Below, piece by piece: positions 1-13,240 of a stretch of 52,300 nucleotides of DNA (its first letter is position 1; each line of letters starts with the position of its first letter). A program made the translations under genes and the position numbers. The stretch spans positions 76,142-128,441 of the forward strand of contig MQRK01170560.1 of the NCBI GenBank assembly GCA_001938485.1, in the 5' to 3' direction. The notes under the pieces are model-generated. The model searched no databases and was not told the DNA's origin. It was given only the letters and a program-made list of their open reading frames with translations. The DNA comes from Girardia tigrina. Taxonomy: Eukaryota.

Positions 1-1183
1 GATACGCATGAGCCGGTTCGTTGTCGTCAGTCCGGGTGTGTCTTGGTGACGCTTGGTACCGGTCCGATCCGGTGTGAGCGCATTTCGAGGGTGCTGAACG
101 CCATTCGGATTCCGTGTAAGAACGCCTTGGTAGCGCTTGGCGTCAATTGGATCTGGTTTGGATGCGCTTCAGTAATGTTTGGTGCCGGTCGGCTCCAATC
201 TGGAAGCACTTCAGGGGCGCTTTGCGGCGGGGTCGCCGTCGGNCATATTCCGATCGGTCCGCGTGTCGCGGTCGCGCTCCCTCGTGACGATATTGGATCG
301 CCCGGTCGTCGACCGGAGTGGTGTTTCGGATGTATTGTGGGCGTTGTCGGAATGCTGAAGTCTATGAACTGACTTTCGAGTGTCGGTTGCGGTCGGTATC
401 CGATCGGTTCAGTTTTCTGACACCATATCTATTAAAATGATGTTCAACTAAATAATTTTGTAATGATTGTTGGGCATCTGGAAACGCCGTGAACGAGAAA
501 AACGTCAAACTAGCTGAATAAAAGATTTAAAAATTTGTTTTAAAAAATTTCCGAAGAAAGATAATTTATTTGGAATAATAAAAAAAACTCGTTACATTAA
601 AATAGTCAATTGTACAATTAATATTTAAAAGATTTTCCTGGAAAAATGCGCAGATAAAAAATTGAATATATAAAAATTGTACAAGTTTTTTTATTAATTA
701 ATATCATAAAAAATGTTTTTCCTTTGATTTGAGATATTGTTGGAATTTAGGTTTGAGTTTCTAGTTGAAAAGGTTGGTTGATGAATTGATTGTTGAATTA
801 TTAGATTTGTATTTTGTTTGGGAGTGACAACGAACGCAACAATATATTTATATGGCAATTGTATATATTGTTAAGTTGGGGAGATTGGAAAACTTTATTG
901 CAATCTCTATATGGTAACTTAACAAAAGAGAAATCAGTTGAAATCTCAGAAATTAATTTGGAATTTACAAGGTTACAATTAAAATTTCTTTTAATTCGAT
1001 TTAATTAACTATTACGTGAAAGATTTTATTAAGTTAACGATCAATGATCAACGACTAATATAAAGGCAATAATTTGTGTTTAATAATTAATAATGAATAG
1101 CCGTTAATTATTATTATTCATTTCTATTAAATATTCAATATTCTAAATTAATATTTGATAATCAATAACACAAGACGATATTT

Positions 1184-1188
<5 letters not shown>

Positions 1189-1218
<30 letters not shown>
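1189..1218. repeat. (TA)n microsatellite
   Basis: About 15 perfect TA units. Confidence 0.95.
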
Positions 1219-1219
<1 letters not shown>

Positions 1220-1427
1220 CAACGTACAATTATATTTTGATATACGAATTTTTCCTTAATGTTATTAGAAATAAGGGTCTCTAAGGAACACCGTCCAGGA
1301 GGTCCAAGATTAGTGAGTTATAATACAAATCAAAATTTTAATGATAATTAAAAATAAAGATTTTATTTTTACAATACTAATAAAAATAGTAATTTTATTA
1401 CGAGTTTTAATATTAAATTATTGTAAC

Positions 1428-1569
1428 CGAATGATAAGTTTATTCCTCCAATGGAATCTCTGCGACAACAATAAACTCGAACGATAAGTTTTATTCCTTC
1501 GAATGAAATCTTCGCGGCAACAATAAACTCGAATAATAAGTTATATTCTTTCAAATGGAATCTTCGCGA
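1428..1569. repeat. Degenerate ~51-bp tandem repeat, ~2.8 copies
   Basis: Units CGAAnnATAAGTT..ATTC..AATGrAATCT..GCGrCAACAATAAACT start at 1428, 1478 and 1530. Confidence 0.85.
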
Positions 1570-3000
1570 ATCTGCTGAATCTAGTTTGGCTGGAATGTAT
1601 TACAATAGAGTCAATGCGATCGCAAGGATTAAATATAAATCTCTCAACAAGAAGACAGTGTTTAGATTTGGATTTATTCTTCACTTAGAAATGTCAAGAT
1701 TATTCTAACTGATTCACTTTTATATATTCTGCCAGTAATTCTATCAAAACGTATGCTCAAATATGTCAATGATTCGCCCGAAAACTCTTCACTCTAGACA
1801 TAACCTAGAGTTGGACAAAAAAAGTTGGTGGACAAAATTCTTTATTGATGAAAGAAAAAAAAACATAATTAAAATCCCTACTAAAATTTTTGTATACGTT
1901 ATATTCATTTAATATCTACACAGCTACGTATATGGATGCAACTCATTGGCGAGTTTCTTGTTTTAAATAGTTCATTTTTCTTTATATTCTGTTGATAATT
2001 TTTATTTAAATATATATCATTGGTTCGCTCTAAACTTTCCTAAAAATTTTTATTCTAGAAATAACCTCGGCGAATAATGTTCTCCGATGGTAAAAGGAAT
2101 AAATTTTATCCAGATTATATATAATTAGAATTCCTACAACAATTATTCACACTTTATGCATGAAATTCCTGTATAAAGTAATCATATTTATTTAATATTT
2201 ACACAACTATATGCATATTTATAAATTTGTTAGTATTCCCCCCGGTACCGGCTCAGCAACTTTTATTCTCACTCGTATTTCTTACGCTCTTTCGCCAGTG
2301 CATCACACTTACTTCTCTCGTCCTTTCTCCCTACTCTACCGCAACTATACTGATACCAACTCGCCCCCTCGACTCTCCTCGACATCTTGTGATTATAACT
2401 TATACTAGTATATTTGGAATCGCAGGGTGGTGATATTAAATGCTGATAGACCTACATATGTTCAGTCACTAACTTATTAATAACTTTATCCAAAAACAAA
2501 AAGTGAACACATAATAAATTATTACAAAATATATATTAGTAAATTAACAAAACTAAAATAAATGGCGCGAAATCAATTCAAATCAATAATAAAAGAAAAA
2601 TGGGATTCAACGGGTGAAATTAATGAAACAAAAGTTTACCTCTGTGGCTACAATGGATGCAGATAAAAGATTTTCCGTTCTCTTCTTTAAATGATACTAT
2701 CGATGATTTTTAGCGATCTGAAGCAGCGGACCGGAATCCCGACCCAGCTCATCATCCTAACAAGCTGGGAGCCCATTTACAAACACTTGAGGATAGTCGA
2801 GTTTGACTATCCTCAAAACAAACGAAATACGGGCTCTCAAGCGTAAGGGGTGTCGGGCTTGGGAAAGGATGAAGGCACTCTGCAGTTATGCAATGGTGTC
2901 GGTCGTAACAAATACTTTTAAATACTTTTTTTAAGAGAAAAAAAGCATGTTTTTGAGACGTATTTTTCAATTATATAAATCACTATTAATCACTTTATTT

Positions 3001-3043
3001 CATTGCACTGAAGATGCCGAAATGGTGAAACGCGTATGTATTG
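3001..3043 (+). ncRNA. Minimal type I hammerhead ribozyme (Penelope-like element type)
   Basis: Stem I CATTGCA/TGTATTG, core CTGAAGA, stem II GCC-GAAAT-GGT, then GAAAC, palindromic stem III ACGCGT and cleavage triplet GUA (cut after 3036). AATAAA follows. Confidence 0.75.
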
Positions 3044-3881
3044 CAAATAAATTTAATATTCAAAAATGGCCTTTCTTTGCATTATATATATATATATATA
3101 TATTCGTTCATTTACGTTCGTTTAAACCCTTTAAATATTATACGGTAACTCCGTATTAATTGTAGTTTAATATGAAATAAAAATTATTATGAATCGAGTT
3201 TATCGATTTTTTATAATGAATATTAAAATTGAAATGATGCTTTATTGTAGTAGGTCTTAATTGTTTTTGATATTTGTAAATTATATCCGATCGTTTTGGT
3301 GGGATAAACTCCACCCGTTTAAGGATGGAATGGTCGCAAGAGAGAGCAAAAGTGCCCATTAAATTGGAAACTGCATTGATGTCATAACAAACCAAATTAG
3401 TCGTTTGAGAGATATCGAAATTAAAGGCTTAAAATACTCGAAAGGCTTGAAATACTCTATCGAACAATTGAACCACTCGATTCAACAATTATCGCTCATC
3501 GAAACGATGAAAATAAATTTCATAAATGAAATCTTAACGTGGATAATTTGCGACGGACGCGATATTGTGACGCGGAAGCAGAGATTCAGTCACGTTGCGA
3601 CACATGTCAAACTAATTATTGTCGAAAATTTCAACAATTTAACCGAACTTTGTCAACTGAAAATTAATAACTCATTGAAATGTTAAACGAGAAATTCCCC
3701 TACAACAATTTCCATTTCACATTGTTCGATACAATCGTTGGATTTGGTGAAACGGACGATTGACTGCATGCTGAGAGCCCTGATTGAAGGTGATAAAGTC
3801 GAATTTATTTATTTACATTTAGAAAATAATAGATTAAGCAATTACAATAATGATAAAAATAAAAGCAAAAATAATAATGAA

Positions 3882-4793
3882 TTAAATGATAATAATAATA
3901 ATAATAAAAGAGCGAGCAAAAAGCAAGACAACTGGCGAACACTCCGAGCTAGAGTCGCTCATTGTAGTGTGAAACTCGCCCCTCTCTATGCAATCAGCCG
4001 ATGGCTCATTTGCCGCGACACTTGCAGTGGCACTAGTCGCTGCATCTGATGTCAAAGGGTTCCATTCGCCAGTATTGTGCTTGCTCCAAGTTGCCGAGTA
4101 ATATATAATATTGGATACAATGCACATGCGTTTCATGTTCATTTTTGTTATATCAGAGAGCTTAAGCGTTTTTAACGAATCGTCATTCGCTTTCGGCCAA
4201 GAACCCAGACAACCAACCACAATAGTGTCCAGTCGCACTGTCCACCCTTTGTGGTGTTCCATCGTTTCTTTTTGTAATTCCTCATATTTTTTTATATTTT
4301 CTTTACGTGCTGATTCAAGTGTTTTGACAGTGTCATATGGCGTTTTAATGTCAATTAACCAGATTTCTCTTGTTCCATTGTTGTATATTTGCAAGTCGAC
4401 TCTACTTTTAGTGATTGACCACTCACACTCACGGTCTATGATGATTTTAAGTATCGGTTTTTCTGAAAGCATTGCCTCAGCAACCGTATGCATTACTATA
4501 TTGTGTCTTGCAGTGATTAGTGAGCTGTTTCTTTTGCAAAGACACAGAACATGTGTTTGTGTCTCTGCACTTGTTCTGCAGGCACGGCAGAGTGTTTCAT
4601 GGCGTGGCTTTCGTGGCTTATAGTTTGTCGGCAAGCTGCCAGTGCGTGCGCTGTGTAAAAATCTCCATTTGGTGTTTGACAAACCTTCATTGTGCATCAC
4701 CGCGACACTATCCTTTGACTCTGCAATCGGAATTGCATATGATCCGGCCATCGATTGCTTGCTCCATTTTGTAAACTTGAGCTTTGCATACAA
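3882..4793 (-). pseudogene. Non-LTR C-terminus: CCHC zinc knuckle + restriction-like endonuclease
   Basis: CRAC..ETQTHVLCLC, RHN, RVDL..IDIK, IVVGCLGSW. Confidence 0.9.
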
Positions 4794-5051
4794 TAGGTGG
4801 AAGTGTGGAGAAACTGTGTCAATTACTTTTTTGAGACCAGCACTGAGTCAGTGTCAGTGTAGATTTTCAGACAGATTCCCAATTCGTTTGTAGCGAATCC
4901 GACTCGCATTCCAATCGAACCGAGATATTTCATTGAATTGCGAATCTTTGTCCACCACGATTTAAACTCGTTTTCTTTTGTCCCGCATTGATCCAATCAA
5001 GACACTCAGAGAGTGTCCAGTCTCCGTCTTTTTGTGATAACGGTCCATCGT

Positions 5052-6453
5052 TTAAGCCAAGTTTATCAGAGTAAGATCTTGTGATGTTGAGTCCGAACAG
5101 GTAAGATTTCTATATGCCTGTATAATAGACTGCATGGCATATTCATCTCTCACCGACACAAGTCCAAGTCCGCCAAGATCTTTGTCAGCATAAAGATATT
5201 CATTGGACGAATTCGGAACTGTTCCACACATTTGCTTGAACAGTCGTCGGAACTCAACATCTAGACCGCTTTTAAAAATTGATTTTTTTCTCATCATGAC
5301 CCTAATCTGTGAGTTCCCTATTTGGAATGTTGTAGTTTCAGAAATAAAATGTAAACCTGGAGTGTATAAAGATTTTGTATGCCTCCAGCTTCTGCCAAGG
5401 AAACAACACAGATTTGGTAATTTTTTCCATGTCTTTTATAGCCGTTTTGAATAAGGTTTCTGGAGTAGTTTTTGTTTTTCCTGTGAAATTGACACCCAGG
5501 GAGTGGTACCCCCCCTCTTCAACTATTGGAATATTGGTGTTATTTATTAGAATGTCTTCAGTAGAGAGTGGAATGGATACGTAGCAACATTTACTGCGGT
5601 TGAATTTCATAGAGCTCCACGAGACTATATCTTCTGCTTTCCTGATCATTTTTTGTAGAGTTTGGTTTGATTCTGCAACGAGCGCAACATCATCAGCATA
5701 AGCCAGACAGGTTATGTGGCCGGCGTCTGTTGTTATTCCGTATTCCGGGTCTTCCTGTAGTGCCATTAGCATTGGATCGATCCCAACGCTAAATAACAAC
5801 ATAGAAAGTGGACATCCTTGTCTCACCCCCCTCCTTATTGAAATGTTTTCGGTTGTACAATCATTACAAGTGTAGATCGACGCACAATCCGAGTATAAAT
5901 TGCGTATTATGGGGCACGAGAATTCGTCCACCCCTTACGTGACAGTATATCAAGAATGTGTTCAATTTGTATACTGCCAAACGCATCTGTTAAATCTAGG
6001 AAGGCGACATGGAGATTCTTGTAATCTTCCAATAGAATGCGCATTATATTGTTGTGTTCTGTACAGCCGTCAGATGGACCTGTTCCTTTTTAAAATGGTG
6101 AAATCAAATTGTTTGCAAGCAACCATTCTTCCATCTGACTGCACAAGCAAGAGGTAAACAGTTTTGCAAGGCATTCCTTAGACCGATTGGTCTCCATGAG
6201 CTTATTTCCGTATATTTTCCTGCTTTACCCGGTTTTGGAATCATCACAGTCAGAAATTTTTTCCACGCAGTCGGAACAAGTCATGTAGTGATGATTCTGT
6301 TAAATAAAAGAGTGGTGAATTGACACCCCGGGTCACAATAATCAATATCCGAGTATGTGGTGTTAGAGATACCTGGACTACTTTTCTTAGTATTTTTAAG
6401 AATTTTGTCCACTTCTTCTGTTGTAACTTGTCGAATTTTGAATGTTGGACCAC
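5052..6453 (-). pseudogene. Non-LTR reverse transcriptase (fragmented)
   Basis: RGVRQGCPLS, LAYADD, FNRSKC, YHSLG, LYADKDLGGLGL; upstream KSSPG motif. Confidence 0.92.
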
Positions 6454-7533
6454 GTTTGATGTTTGGAGAATTGTCCCAGTTGGTCATTGGCGATTCACTC
6501 GTCTTTGATTGTGCATGAGTCCAAGCACTCCAGAGAGAGCTTGTATCCACGCTGATATCGTTCAAAATTATTTCAATCGCCTTTTTTGGATTAATTTTGA
6601 AATATTCTCGCAGATTTTTGTCTTTTTTAAATCTATCTTTGTTTAATTTTTTACCAGAGTGGATTTGTTTACTTGATTTTGTCCTTACCTGTAAAATATA
6701 TTTGGTAAAGACACATTCAAGTTCCTGCGCGCTCAGAAGATTATTTAGTGCAATTAACTTTGTTATTCTGTGAAATCTTTTGGCTCTATCTTCCTGAATT
6801 TTAGTCTCTTTTTCTAATTTCTTAATTTTTCTATATGATTTTTTATTTGTAATATCACATATGATTTCTCTAACATCGTTTTCAGGTGGACAGTTGTTAT
6901 ATAGTTGCCACAATGCATTTGAAATCCAAAACCTGTATATTGTTTATTGTCTGGAAAGTTTGTTGCATTTGTTGTTGTCCAATTATCTATCAGTAATCGA
7001 AAAAAAGAGAGCAGATTTTTATTTAGATTGTCAATTGCATTTGCCTGATCTTTTGTAAGAGAAATCATAGTGTTGTATATTGTGCTTGTTCCACTCAATA
7101 GGTTACAAAACGTCTACAAGTATCCACTGAAAATCAAAGATACAGAGATCAAAATACCCGTTATACATTTATAAACATTTCGAAAGATATATTTTGTTTA
7201 ATATAAGTATCATCATTTGTTGTTATTCTCAAAGTCGTTTGTGTAGATAATGTCAACCAGTTATCTTTAGTCGGTAAAAGTTTAGTCAAGTTGTTCATTC
7301 TAACATATTCGAAACGAAGCAGGTTTGCGACAGTTTCCCTCTTTTTCATATAGTCAGTGATATTTAGTTTACTTACTTTTTTGTATATTTAATCGGTTTT
7401 TTATCATTAGATATGTTATCATTTTTTTTAGAATTTTTCTTTCTATAATAATTATTATCTATTTGGTTGACTTTTTTGTATATTTTTTAACTTTTTATCA
7501 TCAAATATTTTATTATCCGGTCCTCACAAACTG

Positions 7534-8062
7534 TCACCCCCCTATAGTTTTGGCATTTCTATTAAGAATGTGTGGGCGCAGTTTGTGACATCTATTTATA
7601 ATGTTATCAATATCAATTTCCAAGAGAGGGTCCAACCGTTTCTTTATAATATTTTCTAAAAAAACACATACAAACGGACCACAATCGTTGTTATTTTCTT
7701 GTTTCTCGCATTCAGGAAAGATAAACGGTAGTTTTATTCTGTAAGGTTTATTTTGTCGGTCGGTGACTCTTTTGTTTATTGCAGTTATCGTTGGCGATAC
7801 AAGAGCAGTGACTATCTTTTCGGACGGCAAGTTGTTTAGATAATTAAAAATATAAGCGTGCTTCGGTGTACAGCATAACGCTAGCCAGTGTGAGTTATTG
7901 TAGTTAATTGGAATTACACATGACTCTTTTGTTTGTGTTAAAACCTTCAAAAATTGAATCTAAATCCTCTTCACCATGAAATAGTCTGGTAAAACCAGAG
8001 ATTTTTTCTTAATGCTGACATTTTTCAAAAAGATGTTTATTTCGTCATCATCGTACCAGTAT
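7534..8062 (-). pseudogene. Ulp1/C48-family cysteine protease domain of the retrotransposon
   Basis: WYDDDEINIFL (~8060), IPINYNNSHWLAL (His), KQENNNDCGPFVC (Gln, Cys). The expected Asp reads FNYL. Confidence 0.85.
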
Positions 8063-10333
8063 GACGGGTCAGGTGGCCTATCTGCATCTTCAGCAGTAGT
8101 TGAAGTTGCAGGGTCATCCCGTCAATCTGAATCTTTTAAACTTTTATTGATTTTAATATATTTTTTGTTTTTTGATAAGATAAATCTAGACGATACGCTA
8201 GACGCGTCAGAAAAAAAGATCACTATCACTTTCATCGACAACTAAATCTTTTGTAAGATTTATCGGTGTCTGGATATCACCTATTCGCAGGCTATCGTCC
8301 AAGTCCACCGGTTTGGCGAATTTTGCGATTACAGTAACGTGGTTCTCGGTCCTTCCGGATCCCGTAACCAATGAAACTTTCTCGCTTTCACCGGCAACGG
8401 TCGGCAGAACCGATCCGGTTGCTTTAATATTCAGTTCTGAGACTGAATTATTGTTGCCAATGTGGTAATTATTAACTCTTTTAGTGATTATAAAATTATT
8501 AAATTGTGAATCATTCCTTCCAGGTGCAAATTTGATATCGCCCGTCGCAAATAAACTTTATAGAATCGCGTAATTGTATACTAGTACTTTATGTTCTTTT
8601 ATAATTTCTTTAAGTTGTGATTTTAGATTAATATCAGCAACTAAATCTTTATGACGGGTAATTTTTAGTATCAGCTACGAATCTCAAAAGTCGTATCCAG
8701 ATTATTTAGTAGTTTTAGAGTTTGATATATTTTGTTTTTGCGTATTCGTGGTTGTCTTTTTCTTAAAGAGTCGTGTTATTTCATCAGAAAGTTCATCACA
8801 TAACAGATTCTAAAATTAAATCTAATTTTATATGTCGCTCGGTCGATCGGTCGGTTGGTCGGTCGCTCTGTCGATTTGCCGAGTGGATCAGTCGATTCTT
8901 TTTGACGAATCTGTCTCGGATCGGTACCGTTAGATTCGTCTCGTCGCGGCGTTTCTGAATCTGCTCCGTTCGTCGGCAAACTCCCGGTCGTTCGCTCCCC
9001 AGCTCGGCTTACATCAACGCAAATCGAATTTAACGCCAGATCTAAGATATTGGAGAGTAGACAATTAATTTTATTTCTGTTTAACTCGCTAAAGGTTTCA
9101 GGTGGAAACTTAGCGGCAATTTTCAGCACTTCTTTAGTAAAAGGCGAAAGATTGAAAAGATAGCTTTTTGAGAATTTTTGTGTCATTTTTTTAAAACTGT
9201 TTAAAACCGTCCTAAAGACGTCATTGTTTATAATTTTGGATTTCTATAATTGAACTGGGACAATTACTACCAATTTGACCTCATCATCAAATATTTTTGT
9301 TTTACTCTTTTCTTAACACGATTTTAGTATAATTATTGAAAAATTGCAAATCTTTTTTAATAATTTCTTTAAGATATTTTTAAAATTTATTATTTTTTAA
9401 TATTAGTTTAATGATATTTAAAAAATTATTTTTCTCACACATACTTACAACATTATTTAAATTTATACACATACACAAACACAACATGCATCCAACATTC
9501 AAAATAAAACTAACAATTTTCCTATCGTCCTCGTCGGAAAGAATGTCACTTTCATGAATGCAACCGAATTTGTCTTTTTGGCGAGATGTTTCAAATCTGC
9601 TAACTTTTTTTATCTATTTTTTGGGGATACGGCCCTTTGATTTTGTATATTTTGCGCACAATCCCACATCTTGGACACCAAATTTGGATGGAAACCGTGC
9701 CTCTACATTAAATTTAAAACCAGAGAACAGAGTTTCTAAATGAGCATCACTAGGCCAATGTACTTTAAAAGGTCTATTTGAATTAGGAGGATAATTTGAT
9801 ACAATTTCGTTTACTAGATTATTATTTATCAAATAATTGTGATGAGACAGAACACTGAACATTTTTTTTTATTTGAACAATTTGTTGGGTATTTAATTAA
9901 TTGACCTTTTAACTCTCTTGAGTTTTATAATGTCTACCAGAAATTTGTCTTTGAGTTCAGAAGGTTCTTCCAACTATCTGAATTCCTTTAACAGTTATTC
10001 CTCGCTTGAGGTTCAGTAAATCTTCCTCTCTTGAGGATCGTCACCAAATTCAATCTCGAAAGAGATTCTTTAGATTTGTTTTCTAAAATATTCTCGCAAG
10101 AGAATTTAGCAATTAACTTCTCGTTAAAATAAATAACAAACGACCAAATCTAGAAAACTTTATTGAGTAATTCAAATCGGCGAATATTCACAGTGGAAAG
10201 AAATAACAATGGAGAATCTCGATTAATTTTTCAATACTCTTTTTTGATTTTAAAATATGTTCCCTCTTATGCGTGCCCCTAACTTTAAGATTTTTCTTTA
10301 GAAAATTTTGTGTGAAATTTTGAAAAATTAGTA

Positions 10334-10349
10334 CGGGTATTTATACCCG
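10334..10349 (-). promoter_or_regulatory. TATA box (TATAAATA) embedded in the inverted repeat CGGGTAT-NN-ATACCCG
   Basis: Lies ~480 bp upstream of ATG 9862 on the same strand; promoter function inferred. Confidence 0.4.
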
Positions 10350-10493
10350 ATTTTATATAAAAAAAGTTAATTTAATTTTTTTTATCAAAATTATAAAATT
10401 TTTATATTAATAATATTAAATTTATTAATTAAAATTATAAAATTATGTAATCATAAAAATTAATTATTTTTCCTTTTTGTGAATTTATCCTGA

Positions 10494-10719
10494 ACATGAC
10501 AGGTGCACAAGCACCTGTCATGTACTATTTTAAATAATGTGCGATTGCACAAATTTAATATTTTTCGGTGCGCTTGCACCTGACTCTTAATTATTTTTCC
10601 TTAAGGTGCGATTGCACCAATTTCTAATTAAAACGATGCACCTGCATCGAAAACTACTCGGCTCACCCGCTCCTGTCTACTTCTCTCCTAACGATGCGCT
10701 TATTCGGTGCACTTGCACC
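10494..10719. repeat. Array of six dyad repeats GGTGC-N4-GCACC with mostly AT-rich spacers
   Basis: Dyads at 10494-10523 (13-bp stem), 10538-10551, 10567-10580, 10605-10618, 10634-10649 and 10706-10719. Confidence 0.9.
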
Positions 10720-10825
10720 AATGAATGTACAAATGGCAATAATGCCATTAAAATTTTTGGTGGAAAAATTTCCATCATTTTTTTAATTTTTAATTTTAAA
10801 TATAAGTTTTTATTTACAATATTAA

Positions 10826-11066
10826 TTAAATAATAAGTAATAATAATAATATAAATATTTAAATAATAATTATAATAATAATAATTATAATTACATTAAT
10901 AATTAATAATAATAATAAATAATAATAATAATACTAGTAATAATATTAATATAATTAAATAATAATAATTAATACTAAATAATAGTAATGATAATTATTA
11001 TAATTATAATAAGAGTAATAATAATAATACTAATATTAATAATAATGATAATCATATAATAATAAT
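10826..11066. repeat. Degenerate (TAA)n low-complexity tract
   Basis: About 240 bp composed almost entirely of TAA/AAT. Confidence 0.9.
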
Positions 11067-11308
11067 GAATCCGTTTACAGGATGACGACAAGTCTCTGCG
11101 GTGTATATGGCGTCACAATCATTGCATTTATTCTGATAAACTAAATTTCAACACAGATCAGTTGGAGTGATAGATTTACTGCTGAATAAACTTCCTATCA
11201 TACATGATCTAGAAAATTTTAAAATTTAATTTTTAATTTACTTTCATCATGTTTCAAAATAGAGTTTTTTAATTTTCTGAACTCTCAGAATAGGGAACGG
11301 TTATACCC

Positions 11309-11460
11309 GAAAACAGCGAGTTACAAAACAGCGAATTACATAACAGCGAATGTCAAAACAGCGAATGTCAAAACAGCGAATGTCAAAACAGCGAATCATC
11401 AAAACAGCGAATCATCAAAACAGCGAATCATCAAAACAGCGAATTCCGCAAAATAGCGAA
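11309..11460 (+). repeat. MULE left subterminal 15-bp tandem array
   Basis: About 10 copies of AAAACAGCGAATnnC. Confidence 0.95.
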
Positions 11461-11655
11461 TGAAATTTTTCATTTTAAAATGAGATTTTTGTCATTTAAA
11501 TNNNNNNNNNNNNNNNNNNNNNNNNNNNNNNNNNNNNNNNNNNNNNNNNNNNNNNNNNNNNNNNNNNNNNNNNNNNNNNNNATATAATTTAAAGCTTGTT
11601 TTAATTTTCGATTTTTCCATAACATTATTTTTAAGTTTTGCTTGTGAAAAACTCA

Positions 11656-13016
11656 ATGGAAATATTAACAACTCAAAAAGGTTCTGAAGCATGCAATTAG
11701 GGAGGATATTCCTACCGTGTAGATACAGTCACCGCAATTAGAAAAATTTGGCGATGTCGTACAATCGGTTGCAAAGGAAGACTTTGGTCAGATATTGACA
11801 ACTGTCATCCGATTGAAAAACAAGGGCATTCTCATCCACCAGCACCAGAAATTGGTATCGTAAAGTCTACTATTTGTAAGATGAAGCAACAGGCAAAAAC
11901 AGAAACGCGCAGTATTCCGATTATACATACTGATGCGGCAGCTGAAATTTCTGGTAATACTTCAGCTTCCGCCATATTTCCAGCTTTCAAATCTATAAAC
12001 AACGTGTTGTATCGGGCACGTCATGAGAAATTACCGGTTTTGCCTCAAAGTTTAAATGACGTCAACATACCTGATCAATTGACACAAAACTATTTCAGGC
12101 CAATTATTCCTATTGTTTATCAGTGTGGACAAATCAATTATATTATAATTATACTTGGAACAATAAGTAATTTACAAATGTTATCCAGCAATAACGATTG
12201 GTTCATGGACGGGTAGCACCTCCCTTTTATAAACAAATATTTACAACCCATGCTCTTCTTCAAAATAAAGTACTTCCATTAATTTATTGTATTCTGATAG
12301 ATAAAAAAGCTGAAACATACACATCAGTTTTTCGTAAAATTCGGGATTTATGTCTGGAGCATAATTTGATACTTTCACCAAATTTAATCACATTGGATTT
12401 CGAGAAAGGTTTAATAGTTGCGTTACAACAAGAGTTTCCGCAAAGTCGTCTACGTGGTTGTTATTTTCATTTCTGCCAAGCGATATTTAGACAAGTTCAG
12501 AAATTAGGTTTTAGTATCGATTATGGTAATAATCAGGAACTTAGAACGAAAATACGTATGCTTATGGCTTTGGCGTTTGTTCCTGAACAAATTGTTCAAC
12601 AAACTTTCGACAATCTGAGGGACGAGGCATCGGTAAATATTAGACCTCTATTCCAGTACTTCCGCCAGCAATGGTTTCAAAATATTAAAAAATAAATGTG
12701 GAATATGTATGGCATCAGACGGCGGACTAACAATGATGTTGAGGGGTGGCAAAACCGCTTCAATAATTTAGTTGCTAAGCATCACCCCAATATTTATGAT
12801 TTAATATCATGTATAAGAAAGGAACAAGGATTTACAGAAACATTGATGGCACAAATTAATGCTGGGCAAGTTANNNNNNNNNNNNNNNNNNNNNNNNNNN
12901 NNNNNNNNNNNNNNNNNNNNNNNNNNNNNNNNNNNNNNNNNNNNNNNNNNNNNNNNNNNNNNNNNNNNNNNNNNNGTGGAATTTCTTTCAGTTTAAGCAC
13001 ACCAATTGCATTTTGA
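11656..13016 (+). pseudogene. FLYWCH-MULE transposase, disrupted
   Basis: ATG 11656; WRC..C..HSH (FLYWCH); WFMDG, TLDFE, GCYFHFCQA, RTNNDVEG. Stops at 11698 and 12693; frameshift near 12210. Confidence 0.9.
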
Positions 13017-13094
13017 CAAAGTATTTAAAGTTGGTATTTTCTTAAAATAAAATTTTATATCTAATTGACTTTTTTTTCTATTTGGATAGTAAAT

Positions 13095-13240
13095 CGCTTT
13101 ATGTAATTCGGTGTTTTGTAATTCGCTGTTTTGTAATTCGCTGTTTTGATGATTCGCTGTTTTGATGATTCGCTGTTATGTAATTCGCTGTTTTGGGATT
13201 CGCTGTTATGTAACTCGCTGTTTTGTAATTCGCTGTTATG
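13095..13240 (-). repeat. MULE right subterminal 15-bp tandem array (inverted)
   Basis: About 10 copies of ATTCGCTGTTwTG. Confidence 0.95.

Larger units (their letters stand above)
3800..10350 (-). mobile_element. Decayed RLE-type non-LTR retrotransposon with Ulp1 protease (NeSL-like)
   Basis: Collinear minus-strand fragments: long N-terminal region from ATG 9862, Ulp1, RT, CCHC knuckle and restriction-like endonuclease. AATAAA near 3806-3815. Many stops and frameshifts; ends approximate. Confidence 0.85.

Noticed and set aside
2562-2712. piggyBac-like relic (MARNQFKSII, TIDD)
   Set aside because: Too short and degenerate to support.
738-3707. Solo LTR candidates (TG...CA; CCTACAACA at ~2133 and ~3699)
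   Set aside because: No matching TSDs could be established.
4111-6508. Plus-strand ORFs within the retrotransposon
   Set aside because: Antisense shadows of RT/RLE coding sequence.
9443-9448. GTAAGT splice donor in the retrotransposon
   Set aside because: The reading frame continues through it; no intron is needed.
11309-11460. CRISPR-like array
   Set aside because: Tandem 15-mers without spacers, mirrored at the other end of a MULE; no cas genes; eukaryotic context.
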